Origin: Eledone cirrhosa
Lineage: Eukaryota
NCBI GenBank assembly: GCA_964016885.1
Contig: OZ024745.1
Coordinates: 53,444,001 to 53,508,000 of the forward strand
DNA: 64,000 bases
Reading direction: 5' to 3'
The notes below the pieces were generated by a model. That model ran no database searches and was not told where the DNA came from. It was given only the letters and a program-made list of their open reading frames with translations. Shown here piece by piece: positions 1 to 12,774 of this stretch; position 1 is the stretch's first letter, and each line of letters opens with the position of its first letter. The position numbers were made by a program, and so were the translations under genes.

Positions 1-703
1 GTAGAGACCACTAAAATTCTCTAAGAGCCAGTTGTTGCTATTAAACAGGAGGGTGCATTAAATCTACCACCCAAGACCAGGAGATATCTCTCTGGTGGGC
101 TTCTTCGTAGCATAATTTCCTTCTACTCGCGAAACTTCAGTCGATCTGAAACTCTTTACAAACCATTTTGTTTTCTGTGGGACAGAACTTGAAAACAATT
201 TGTTTCGAAATGAACATCTTAACTCCAAATCCATTCTAACGGAAAATAAATAAAAACTTCAGAAAATTCATAGATATAGAAGCTATCCACCGTGGCGTAT
301 CATTTATGATATATAGTCCAAACAATATTTTGAATAAAAATTAATGTATTCTGTTAAACTGATGAAACTAGCACCAGGCGATCTGTATAATAAAAAAGAG
401 CTTGAAAGGGACAAATGAACACATTGTCTCTACATATGGTCATAGAACATCTAAGTGCAGTTTATAAAAAATTCAAGATAATTTAAAGTGGTCTCTATAA
501 ACCTTTCCACGAATCAGACCATGAACATTTCTCCAAGGAAAATAGAATGTATTAAATTATAATATACAAATCAATTCTACTTTAGAAAAATATCAAGTAT
601 CGAAACTCATTATTTATTCCACTATATTGACATCTTAATAAAAACCGCAATAATAACAACAGCAACAACAACAATATTATTGTTGTTATTATTATTATCA
701 TTT

Positions 704-705
<2 letters not shown>

Positions 706-750
<45 letters not shown>
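706..750. repeat. (TAG)n microsatellite abutting the 3' end of a Tx1 fragment
   Basis: Direct reading of the sequence. Confidence 0.95.
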
Positions 751-1135
751 TCTTTATGAGCTACAAGGGCCGAAACATGAAGGACAATTCAAAAACCAGG
801 GACAGTGGAGGTTTATAAATAAAATCGAGTAAACTAGATGACAAAAAATACAAGAGTACTTAATAGAAATCCCCAATTGATGTAGTGGGTGGGGGAAGAA
901 CTTCCCTCTTCTCTTCCTGTCCAAATGGGTTTTGATAAAGTTGATGGAGGCTTGTCTGTCTTCAGTCCTTTCAGCCGGGTCCACCATACAACATCTTTCC
1001 CCACAATGACCAGACAGAAGAAAACTGACTGATATTCCTACACCAAAAAAGTGGCGAGGCGATCTTCACGATGAACTCAGTCGGTAACCAGATCCGTCCT
1101 ACGTGTGGTAATAGCTGTCCGACGTTGTTGGCGGT
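751..1135 (-). mobile_element. Degenerate 3' fragment of a Tx1/L1-clade LINE
   Basis: The minus strand gives VGQLLPHVGRIWLPTEFIVKI and VFFCLVIVGKDVVWWTRLKGLK. These match VEQLLSRVGPIRLTTESIVMI and VFLCVIAMAKEVVWWTRLKGLR in the intact ORF2 at 59615-63052. The 3' end (...GCTCATAAAGAA) resembles the other copies. Confidence 0.85.
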
Positions 1136-2399
1136 GTGGTTATTTTCTTTAAACTCGAAAGCGAGTTGCTGTCACGTGAAAGCTGGCTGGAAGAGGAAGG
1201 GCCTATCACTTCCACTTTTTAAAGCTTGTTAGCATGATAATAAAAAAAAAGTAAAAAAATTTGTGTGTGTGTATCTGTATGTGTGTGTCTGTATGTGTGT
1301 ATCTGTATGTGTGTGTGTGTATGTGTGTATATATCTGTGTGCGCGCGTGTGTGTGTCTGTCTATCTGTCTATCTGTGTGTGTGTGTGTGTGTGTGTGTGT
1401 CTGTATGAGAGCGAGTTAAAAAGCATTTATGAGCGTCTCGTTATATTGGCTAAACATATTATTCACTCCGCATTTGAATGATTTAATATATCATCAAAAC
1501 CAACTTTTGTGACTTACTTCAGAAAACGAAATATCATCCAATATAGCTTGAAGGGTAATTATTAAATAAACATCGTCTTATCATACCAACTGATATGTTA
1601 TATCACTGGATATCGACTGACAGATTACATATGCTGCAAGGTTCATATAAATTAATTCTTGATTTTTTTTTTTTTTTTTTACTCTTTCGCTTTAGATGTG
1701 ACATTAATACCTGCAAGGAAGCTGATCACATCATATTCTTATTTTAATTTCTCTTTCAGTTTTGAATATCAGGACATCAGATGAATGATATCTTTTCATT
1801 GAACGTTTTTCGTTCCTGTCTCAACATAGCCGTATGCTAATGACTGGAACCAGTAAAAGTAAAATAGTAAAATAATTTCAGATTAACAGCGCTATTGATC
1901 TGCCAGCTAAATTTCTATCTCACCCAACAGACTTATTATGATTCGTGTTTATCCTGTCTTTTTATTTAAATAATGTATCTAGAATTGAACATGCTTTCTT
2001 TTAGTTACAAAAATGGATGTATGACTTCTAGGCGATATAGTTATTCCTACAAGATGGAGATACCCCATAGAGGTCCTCATTTCGTGACTTTACCTGCATT
2101 CGTGTTCCGTTAGAAGTAGAAGAACCTGAGGTGTTGGTGATAACGAAACGTCAAACTACTCTTCTCCAGATAGAATACGAGATATACAAACTTTTGAACT
2201 GTACAGTATTATTGTTATTTCTATGAATAAGTTTAGCGAACAGCTGTAAGTAGCATAAACCCTGTTTAATATATGAGTAATTGCAACTACCGAAAAGAGG
2301 ATTATCATATTACTGCAAATTGTAGCACTGTGCAATAGATAAGCACGTTTAGTTCATATTTTACTCAGAGATTACCAGCAAATTAACTCTCACATGAAA

Positions 2400-2611
2400 T
2401 ACTATACGAAGACTTGCTGGTCATGTGGGTAGTTAAACAAACTGCTAGAAATAACAACTAGATATGTCTCATGTTACAATTCGCCGTCTGAAAAATATAT
2501 GGAAGCTTCCATATATTTTTCAGACGGCGAATTGTAACATGAGACATATCTAGTTGTTATTTCTAGCAGTTTGTTTAACTACCCACATGACCAGCAAGTC
2601 TTCGTATAGTA
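2400..2611. repeat. Perfect 212-bp palindrome with no spacer
   Basis: Centre GGAAG|CTTCC at 2505/2506. The arms read as exact reverse complements out to 2400/2611. Confidence 0.93.
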
Positions 2612-2898
2612 GGTTTTGATATTCTATGCTTGAAAAAAGACTAGAATATCGCAGATATAACACCTTTCATTATAAGTATATTCGATTACATTTGATATGG
2701 GACTAAAGGTCACAAATCATAATGTAAAATAAGTTATTTAAAAAAGGTCATGTATATACGGTGATCAGGTTTTGGATTCACACAGTCAATTTTCCGACAA
2801 TATGAATTATTTGTAAATACAATCCTGGATTATATGCTTCAAGAATATCGTGAAATGAAACTCCCTCTCGCTTAGGGGTATACTCATATAATATGTAT

Positions 2899-2954
<56 letters not shown>

Positions 2955-2957
<3 letters not shown>

Positions 2958-5773
2958 TATAGACATAGAATATTCGAAAATATTCTGTATGTTTATAATA
3001 AACATTTTGAAGACCTAATCGCTATAGAATAGAATACGTCACGTATTACAATTAGATTCTCGATAAAAGAAAGGGAAGTAATCTACGCGTTTCATTCTTG
3101 TTAGAATTCATCAGGACTACATATCCAGTGCTTTTATCGAGAATGACACAGCTAGAGACTTATAGAATACTTAGCTGTGTACAGGAACTGGTTTGAAAGA
3201 GCGGTTGCCGGTCCGGCAGAAATTAGAAATTGGAATAAATGCTCTGAAATAGCGATATATATGTGAATATAGACATAGAATATTCGAAAATATTCTGTAT
3301 GTTTATAATAAACATTTTGAAGACCTAATCGCTATAGAATAGAATACGTCACGTATTACAATTAGATTCTCGATAAAAGAAAGGGAAGTAATCTACGCGT
3401 TTCATTCTTGTTAGAATTCATCAGGACTACATATCCAGTGCTTTTATCGAGAATGACACAGCTAGAGACTTATAGAATACTTAGCTGTGTACAGGAACTG
3501 GTTTGAAAGAGCGGTTGCCGGTCCGGCAGAAATTAGAAATTGGAATAAATGCTCTGAAATAGCGATATATATGTGAATATAGACATAGAATATTCGAAAA
3601 TATTCTGTATGTTTATAATAAACATTTTGAAGACCTAATCGCTATAGAATAGAATACGTCACGTATTACAATTAGATTCTCGATAAAAGAAAGGGAAGTA
3701 ATCTACGCGTTTCATTCTTGTTAGAATTCATCAGGACTACATATCCAGTGCTTTTATCGAGAATGACACAGCTAGAGACTTATAGAATACTTAGCTGTGT
3801 ACAGGAACTGGTTTGAAAGAGCGGTTGCCGGTCCGGCAGAAATTAGAAATTGGAATAAATGCTCTGAAATAGCGATATATATGTGAATATAGACATAGAA
3901 TATTCGAAAATATTCTGTATGTTTATAATAAACATTTTGAAGACCTAATCGCTATAGAATAGAATACGTCACGTATTACAATTAGATTCTCGATAAAAGA
4001 AAGGGAAGTAATCTACGCGTTTCATTCTTGTTAGAATTCATCAGGACTATATATCCAGTGCTTTTATCGAGAATGACACAGCTAGAGACTTATAGAATAC
4101 TTAGCTGTGTACAGGAACTGGTTTGAAAGAGCGGTTGCCGGTCCGGCAGAAATTAGAAATTGGAATAAATGCTCTGAAATAGCGATATATATGTGAATAT
4201 AGACATAGAATATTCGAAAATATTCTGTATGTTTATAATAAACATTTTGAAGACCTAATCGCTATAGAATAGAATACGTCACGTATTACAATTAGATTCT
4301 CGATAAAAGAAAGGGAAGTAATCTACGCGTTTCATTCTTGTTAGAATTCATCAGGACTACATATCCAGTGCTTTTATCGAGAATGACACAGCTAGAGACT
4401 TATAGAATACTTAGCTGTGTACAGGAACTGGTTTGAAAGAGCGGTTGCCGGTCCGGCAGAAATTAGAAATTGGAATAAATGCTCTGAAATAGCGATATAT
4501 ATGTGAATATAGACATAGAATATTCGAAAATATTCTGTATGTTTATAATAAACATTTTGAAGACCTAATCGCTATAGAATAGAATACGTCACGTATTACA
4601 ATTAGATTCTCGATAAAAGAAAGGGAAGTAATCTACGCGTTTCATTCTTGTTAGAATTCATCAGGACTACATATCCAGTGCTTTTATCGAGAATGACACA
4701 GCTAGAGACTTATAGAATACTTAGCTGTGTACAGGAACTGGTTTGAAAGAGCGGTTGCAGGTCCGGCAGAAATTAGAAATTGGAATAAATGCTCTGAAAT
4801 AGCGATATATATGTGAATATAGACATAGAATATTCGAAAATATTCTGTATGTTTATAATAAACATTTTGAAGACCTAATCGCTATAGAATAGAATACGTC
4901 ACGTATTACAATTAGATTCTCGATAAAAGAAAGGGAAGTAATCTACGCGTTTCATTCTTGTTAGAATTCATCAGGACTACATATCCAGTGCTTTTATCGA
5001 GAATGACACAGCTAGAGACTTATAGAATACTTAGCTGTGTACAGGAACTGGTTTGAAAGAGCGGTTGCCGGTCCGGCAGAAATTAGAAATTGGAATAAAT
5101 GCTCTGAAATAGCGATATATATGTGAATATAGACATAGAATATTCGAAAATATTCTGTATGTTTATAATAAACATTTTGAAGACCTAATCGCTATAGAAT
5201 AGAATACGTCACGTATTACAATTAGATTCTCGATAAAAGAAAGGGAAGTAATCTACGCGTTTCATTCTTGTTAGAATTCATCAGGACTACATATCCAGTG
5301 CTTTTATCGAGAATGACACAGCTAGAGACTTATAGAATACTTAGCTGTGTACAGGAACTGGTTTGAAAGAGCGGTTGCCGGTCCGGCAGAAATTAGAAAT
5401 TGGAATAAATGCTCTGAAATAGCGATATATATGTGAATATAGACATAGAATATTCGAAAATATTCTGTATGTTTATAATAAACATTTTGAAGACCTAATC
5501 GCTATAGAATAGAATACGTCACGTATTACAATTAGATTCTCGATAAAAGAAAGGGAAGTAATCTACGCGTTTCATTCTTGTTAGAATTCATCAGGACTAC
5601 ATATCCAGTGCTTTTATCGAGAATGACACAGCTAGAGACTTATAGAATACTTAGCTGTGTACAGGAACTGGTTTGAAAGAGCGGTTGCCGGTCCGGCAGA
5701 AATTAGAAATTGGAATAAATGCTCTGAAATAGCGATATATATGTGAATATAGACATAGAATATTCGAAAATAT
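2955..5773 (-). mobile_element. Tandem array of nine 310-bp units plus a partial unit, one hammerhead ribozyme per unit (non-LTR retrozyme-like)
   Basis: Units start at 2955, 3265, 3575, 3885, 4195, 4505, 4815, 5125, 5435 and 5745. Only two substitutions were seen (4050, 4759). There is no ORF, and the left end abuts (TA)n. Confidence 0.9.
3056..3144 (-). ncRNA. Type I hammerhead ribozyme, family A (unit 1; repeated every 310 bp, 9 copies)
   Basis: Minus strand 3120->3078 reads GUAGUC CUGAUGA AUUCU-AACA-AGAAU GAAA CGCG UA^GAUUAC. It has an intact core, a 6-bp stem I, a 5-bp stem II, a palindromic ACGCGU stem III and a GUA site. Stem I extends past an internal loop with a 14-bp helix (ATTCTCGATAAAAG 3056-3069 / CTTTTATCGAGAAT 3131-3144). 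Confidence 0.92.
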
Positions 5774-5968
5774 CCTGATGAATTCTAACAAGAATGAAAC
5801 GCGTAGATTACTTCCCTTTCTTTTATCGAGAATCTAATTGTAATACGTGACGTATTCTATTCTATAGCGATTAGGTCTTCAAAATGTTTATTATAAACAT
5901 ACAGAATATTTTCGAATATTCTATGTCTATATTCACATATATATCGCTATTTCAGAGCATTTATTCCA

Positions 5969-5975
<7 letters not shown>
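5773..5975 (+). repeat. Inverted partial copy of the 310-bp unit, starting at the hammerhead core
   Basis: TCCTGATGAATTCTAACAAGAATGAAACGCGTAGATTAC... is the reverse complement of the array unit. It ends in (TA)n. Confidence 0.93.
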
Positions 5976-5999
<24 letters not shown>

Positions 6000-6000
<1 letters not shown>

Positions 6001-7021
6001 TACAATATGTTGAAAAGGTAACACACTAGAGAGAGATAGTGTGCCATCAATAAAACAAGGGAAAACCACCAGTGTATTGAATCTATAATCTATGGCAGGC
6101 AGGATAGACACACAATAATTAAAAATATAAATTAAAATGTATATACGCACCGCTATAACTATATAACACATGCGTACAAATCCAAAGAGATCTGTTTCGC
6201 CAGGAAGTTGTTGACTGAAATGGAATAGCCTGTGGGTCATAGCGCGTACAAGACTATTAAACACGCTGTGATATCTCTCTGCCGCGTGTATCTGGACGAT
6301 CTGGATGGTTTAGATTCTCTTAGAGTTGTCTGGAATGTATAGTCTTGCACGCGCTGATGAAGCATAGGCTATTTATTGATGGCACACTATCTCTCTCTAG
6401 TGTGTTACCTTTTCAACATATTGTATTTTAAAGAGTTCAGGATTCCTTTTCCTTTGAGCACATTATTGATAGGGAATAACGTGTCTATGGCTCCGTTAAT
6501 TTATCGTGATATTTCGCTCCTTATAACAGTCTTTCCTCTCCCTCTGTTTGGTTGAGCACACTTCTTTGAGTGGTTTGGGGGCTGTCCTTTCTAGCAGCTC
6601 ATCCCTCAGATACCACTGGTTCACTGCCCTAAACACGCTGTGATATCTCTCTGCCGCATGTAGCTGGACGGTCGCTTTAGATTCTCTTAGAGTTGTCTGG
6701 AATGTATAGTCTTGTACGCGCTATGACCCACAGGCTATTCCATTTCAGTCAACAACTTCCTGGCGAAACAGATCTCTTTGGATTTGTACGCATGTGTTAT
6801 ATAGTTATAGAGGTGCGTATATACATTTTAATTTATATTTTTAATTATTGTGTGTCTATCCTGCCTGCCATAGATTATAGATTCCATACACTGGTGGTTT
6901 TCCCTTGTTTTATTGATGGCACACTCTCTCTCTCTAGTGTGTTACTTTTTCAACATATTGTGTTTTAAAGAGGTCAGGATTCCTTTTCCTTTGAGCACAT
7001 TATTGACAGGGAATAACGCGA
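6000..7021. mobile_element. Non-coding ~540-bp repeat, family B (inverted part 6000-6259, tandem part 6259-7021), with decayed hammerheads
   Basis: ATTGATGGCACACT recurs at about 6376 and 6912. The block is homologous to 39530-40215 and 42118-42780. The core reads CTATGA...GGCGAAACAGATCTCTTTGGATTTGTA (one G lost) at about 6714-6792. (TA)n lies on both sides. Confidence 0.8.
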
Positions 7022-7039
7022 GTCTATGGCTTTATCGTG

Positions 7040-7084
<45 letters not shown>

Positions 7085-8522
7085 TACATATGCTTGTGTG
7101 TGTGTGTGTGTGTGTGTATGTGTGTGTGTGTGTGTGTAATTTAACAAGCAGAAATACAAAAGTTTATTTCTCCGAAGAAATAAATATGTAATGCTGTAGT
7201 TAGATATGAGAGTAAATATATTGTTGTTTTGTATCATATCTATACCTATATATTATTACAACATGCTCTATTTTAGACCACATTGTTTAATGATGTTGAT
7301 GTTGGTGTCAACAATGCATTTTATGTTGACCTACAAAACAAATATTTTTGTCGCACTGTGATGTGGGTATACTACTGTGGCTTGGGGGCAGGGCTACTAA
7401 CAACACGTTCTTTCCTTCGTCTTTCTTACTCAAGATTTTGAGTTCTTCCTTTTTAAATGTGCCCAAATACCAAGGATTCATAATTCTAAGAGTGTTATAA
7501 TAAAGGTTTCTATTATATAGACAAGGCATCAAAACTTGTTGGAAAGAAAAGTCGATTAAATCGATCCCCTATTGATTGACACATATTCTATCGCTCTCGG
7601 ATTATAAAACACGAAATTAATATCGGATAGATTTGAACATTGATTGAGGTATCGAAATACGACAATGCATTTCATTTGAATTCTAACGATTTTATCTATT
7701 ACTTTCCCAAGGGCGCATTATAATATACATCATCTAACTTGCAATCACTCTTATATGTCACTCTTCAATTTCACGCACCATTAGGTCGGCAAATGGTTTC
7801 TGATAACGTTCCAGAGATATGTGGTTAGCTTATCATAGAAATTTCGATGGAAAATCCAAAGGTGGTTTCCCCTTGCGTTCCATCACCTATTTCAAACTGG
7901 AATCTATTTTGTCGGCTAGATAGAGGAATATTCGCTACTCGTGCATGGGCACATTGAACGTAAATAGCCAGAACAAATACCGCAAAGCATTTTATCAAAC
8001 GATTTTACATTCATCCACTACCTGGTTTGGTACATCATTTCATATACACCGGAAGAATGAAACAAAACAGAAATTGTACAGAAGCCCGTTGTATAATAAA
8101 CACGCACAAACAAAACAAACAAGCACACTGACAATCATACATGTGGGTGGTGCGTGTATTTACAAAAGGATTCTGCAGTTTCCCTCTACAGAATACCACT
8201 CACGGAGATTGGTCAGCCATAGCTATATTATATTGTACCACAGCTACTCGGGAAAGTAGATTGTTTCTACCGTTAAGACATCCTGATGACTTGCTGTCTA
8301 GATAATCATCCAGCCTACTCTACATCGTCATTCAATCAGAATAAAACGATTAGTTAAATCTCACCCCAACAACAGCCTACTGCCTTTAATAAAGTAAGTA
8401 AAAACATTAGATAATCTAGTTGAAAGTACTAAAAAGACTCAAGAACGACACAGCTTAAAATGCCTTTCTTCGTGTATTTTCTGTCATTGTTAATGTGTAA
8501 CTAACAGCGTATATATTTATAT

Positions 8523-8649
<127 letters not shown>

Positions 8650-8763
8650 ATATGTATGTATATATATATACAGTATATATATATATATATATAAGTTATT
8701 CCGGGTTGAATCGGAGGTAACCACAGTAAGGTACTCAATACATTGCAGAGTATAAAGGTTTTA

Positions 8764-8868
8764 ATATAGAAGAGCTTCTACAGGACTAGAACTGTTTCAT
8801 TCGTAAGAAATCATCAGATGATTTCTCACGAATGAAACAGTTCTAGTCCTGTAAAAGCTCTTCTATAT
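8764..8868. repeat. 105-bp palindrome centred within a hammerhead core
   Basis: Centre TCATC-A-GATGA at 8816. The minus strand reads CTGATGA TTTC-TTAC-GAAT GAAA CAGT TC, and the 5' arm of stem I is missing. Confidence 0.8.
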
Positions 8869-8897
8869 ATGTATATATATATATATTTAAATATACA

Positions 8898-8967
<70 letters not shown>

Positions 8968-8973
8968 TATATT

Positions 8974-9205
8974 CTAGGGCGAGTAAAATTCCCGAGATCC
9001 ATGGACGAGTTCACTCCAGCGGTCTCTGTCCCTCATTATCGCTGCCATGTCCTGCGTCGCCAACAGACCAGTGTCTGTCCTTAGGGCATCAACATACGTT
9101 AACCTTGGTCTTCCTCTTCCAGTGTGTCCCTGTAGGGGCTCCCACAGGACCACTGATTGCAATGTCAACTCTGGATGTCGGTGAGCATGTCCAGCTAATC
9201 TGTCT
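8974..9205 (-). mobile_element. RTE-clade LINE 3' fragment
   Basis: The peptide VVLWEPLQGHTGRGRPRLTYVDAL...MRDRDRW is typical of the RTE ORF C-terminus (W.P...RGRP..T/W.D, A.DR..W). Confidence 0.8.
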
Positions 9206-9228
9206 CCTCTGTGTCACTTTTGAGGTGA

Positions 9229-9290
<62 letters not shown>

Positions 9291-9363
9291 TATATAAATA
9301 TATATTTGGATATATATGGAGAAGAAGTTTATGAAATGGAAATGCGGGTATACAGAATTTATT

Positions 9364-9480
9364 AGGTAACAATTGTTTCTATAGTGTATGGGTTACCTAT
9401 ACCTCGCTATTTGAATAATATAAAAATATTATCGTAAACCGAAGGTACACTGTAAGCAAACACACCATGTCGTCAGACCT
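9364..9480 (-). ncRNA. Type I hammerhead in the Penelope pLTR (second copy 11119-11235)
   Basis: AGGU CUGACGA [~90-nt stem II domain closed by AUGGUGUGU/AUACACUAU] GAAA CAAUUG UU^ACCU. Stem III is palindromic (ACAAUUGU). Confidence 0.75.
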
Positions 9481-9933
9481 TTGTATTGGAATGATATGAA
9501 AATATTTTATACACTAGATAAAAGAGAAAGAAGGAGGCAGGAAGAGAAGGGGAAGAGGGAAGTGAGTAAGGTGGAGGGAGTCCTAGGATTTAAGACTGTC
9601 AGACTAGTAGAGATTGTAAGGAGAGAATGTTTTGGCAGCAGTTAGCTCAATGAGGCGTGCTAGGGTTGGCGGGGGAAGTAAATTCTTCTAGTGGTGTTGT
9701 TCGGACAAAATTTAGTTAAAGGGGTCAAAGTGGTACAGAGTCACAGACAAGTTATTGGGGCTATTATAGTAGCAGGTTATTTCTAAAGGGGTCCAGAAAA
9801 CAGTGTTTAGTACTATTATTATAGAAAACCATATCTTGTGTATAAACATATAAAACAGAAATTTGCAAACGGTGGTGTAAAAAGGTAACATTATATGCAT
9901 TTAAAAAAAGAAAAAGTCGTTTTCAAACGATGG

Positions 9934-10911
9934 TTACAACGCCGAATCATTAGAACCCATCGTAATGTCGAATTCCGAGGGTCTATCTCTGCGGACCCAA
10001 TAACTATTTTCAAAGTGCACTACTGTGCGTCTAGCTTCAAGTATAATATTAATTTCCTCGTTTGTGAGGTCCGAGTTAGTCTTAGCGAAAGAGAGGGCCT
10101 TATGCAGGGTTTCGGGTGAAATAGAGGAATAGTATTCATCTATATCGAATTGAATAAAAGAGGATTTGTTTTTGTCCCTAATGTTATTGAACCATCTTAT
10201 TGCCTGATGAGTATTACCCCATAATTTAATATCTACCTTAGCCTTAACTTGGGGGATAATACGATCTAATATGTACTTACTAATTCTACCTATATCGGAC
10301 TTTGAAGGACATATTAATCTAATTTTAGGGTTAGTATCGAAGTTATCCTTATGGTCCTTCAGATTAAAAGTCGGTGTAGCTGGAGATAGGGGTACCGTTC
10401 TGTCGTCAATTTTCAGTTTCTTAACAATATCACATGCTGCGTTATTAATGTTGGTTAGTGTAGTTGCGTTTGTTTTTTTGTACTTCCTATGTAATTCCTT
10501 ACGTATAAAATTATTATATGTTTCTACATCCAGGGTGTATATATTCGATGTTTTGTCTGCCTTTATGATAATTCCTTTGGTATTCCTTAGGTTGTCGAGT
10601 AGAGTTTTAATATCTCGTTGCAGCTCGTTTTTCCTTCCGTTTGTAAATTTGATTCCGGTTATCATTTTCATTAAGTCCTGTTCGAAAGAATCCAAAAGAG
10701 GGTTAGAGGGTGGGTTTTTGTAGGATTTGAAACCAAACTTATCGTTGTTGGTGTCGGAAGTTTGCGTAATCCTTTTCCTATCGAAGTGGAAGGCCCTCCA
10801 TCTAATCTGCCGAATAAATTCGTTGGTCCTTTGTATCATACCAAGAATGTATTCTTTTTTACCCTGAATGGGTATGTTTTTTAAGGACATACCACGATGA
10901 TGTTTTTCCAT
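9934..10911 (-). pseudogene. Penelope-like reverse transcriptase, N-terminal 325 aa only
   Basis: Motifs SLKNIP, IRWRAFHF, ADKTSNIY, LKDHK, RLICP, IQFDIDEYYSSI (motif A) and FDITMGS (motif B). The ORF stops before YxDD and has no GIY-YIG domain. Confidence 0.88.
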
Positions 10912-11413
10912 TTCAGAGACGTAGGTTGATAGGTTGCTCGACTGTAAAGGAGTGTGAAGAATTAGTAAATTTGTATTCCAATGTTACTAAGTAGTTGCAT
11001 TGGATGGAGTCAACCGACGTCAGAGATTGCTCAACGTATAATAAAGTGTGTTTTAAAATCCGGAGAAAATATGGAGAAGAAGTTTATGAAATGGAAATGC
11101 GGGTATACAGAATTTATTAGGTAACAATTGTTTCTATAGTGTATGGGTTACCTATACCTCGCTATTTGAATAATATAAAAATATTATCGTAAACCGAAGG
11201 TACACTGTAAGCAAACACACCATGTCGTCAGACCTTTGTATTGGAATGATATGAAAATATTTTATACACTAGATAAAAGAGAAAGAAGGAGGTAGGAAGA
11301 GAAGGGGAAGAGGGAAGTGAGTAAGGTGGAGGGAGTCCTAGGATTTAAGACTGTCAGACTAGTAGAGATTGTAAGGAGAGAATATTTTGGCAGCAGTTAG
11401 CTCAATGAGGCGT

Positions 11414-12288
<875 letters not shown>

Positions 12289-12493
12289 TGTGTGTGTGTG
12301 TGTGTGTGTGTGCGTGTGTGTGTGTTAGCAATTTAGCTATAGATTAATATCTAATCAATTTTATCTTGAAATCGATCCACCACACCATCAGAAACCTAAT
12401 GAAGGTCAAAACATGTTTAAAACAAAAACAAAGAAAAAGAACAAAGAACTATTGATTAAAGAGTCCATTGTAACGTAGACAAAGTCATTCACA

Positions 12494-12645
<152 letters not shown>

Positions 12646-12774
12646 GAAGGATGTTTATTGGTTGGTGACGCACGTTTCGTTACTGATCAGCTCAGCGTTA
12701 GATACAGATCGAACCTTGTGCTGATCAAGCCCTGTCTATGTTGTTTTTTGTTTTGTTTTTTGTGATTGACAATA

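Noticed and set aside
2955-5773. CRISPR array or plain satellite
   Set aside because: There are no variable spacers and no cas genes, and the context is eukaryotic. A plain satellite does not explain the hammerhead in each unit or the inverted 5' piece.
8278-8310. Isolated CTGATGA words (also ~359 and ~19198)
   Set aside because: There are no supporting stems or correctly placed GAAA/UH, and such words are expected by chance.
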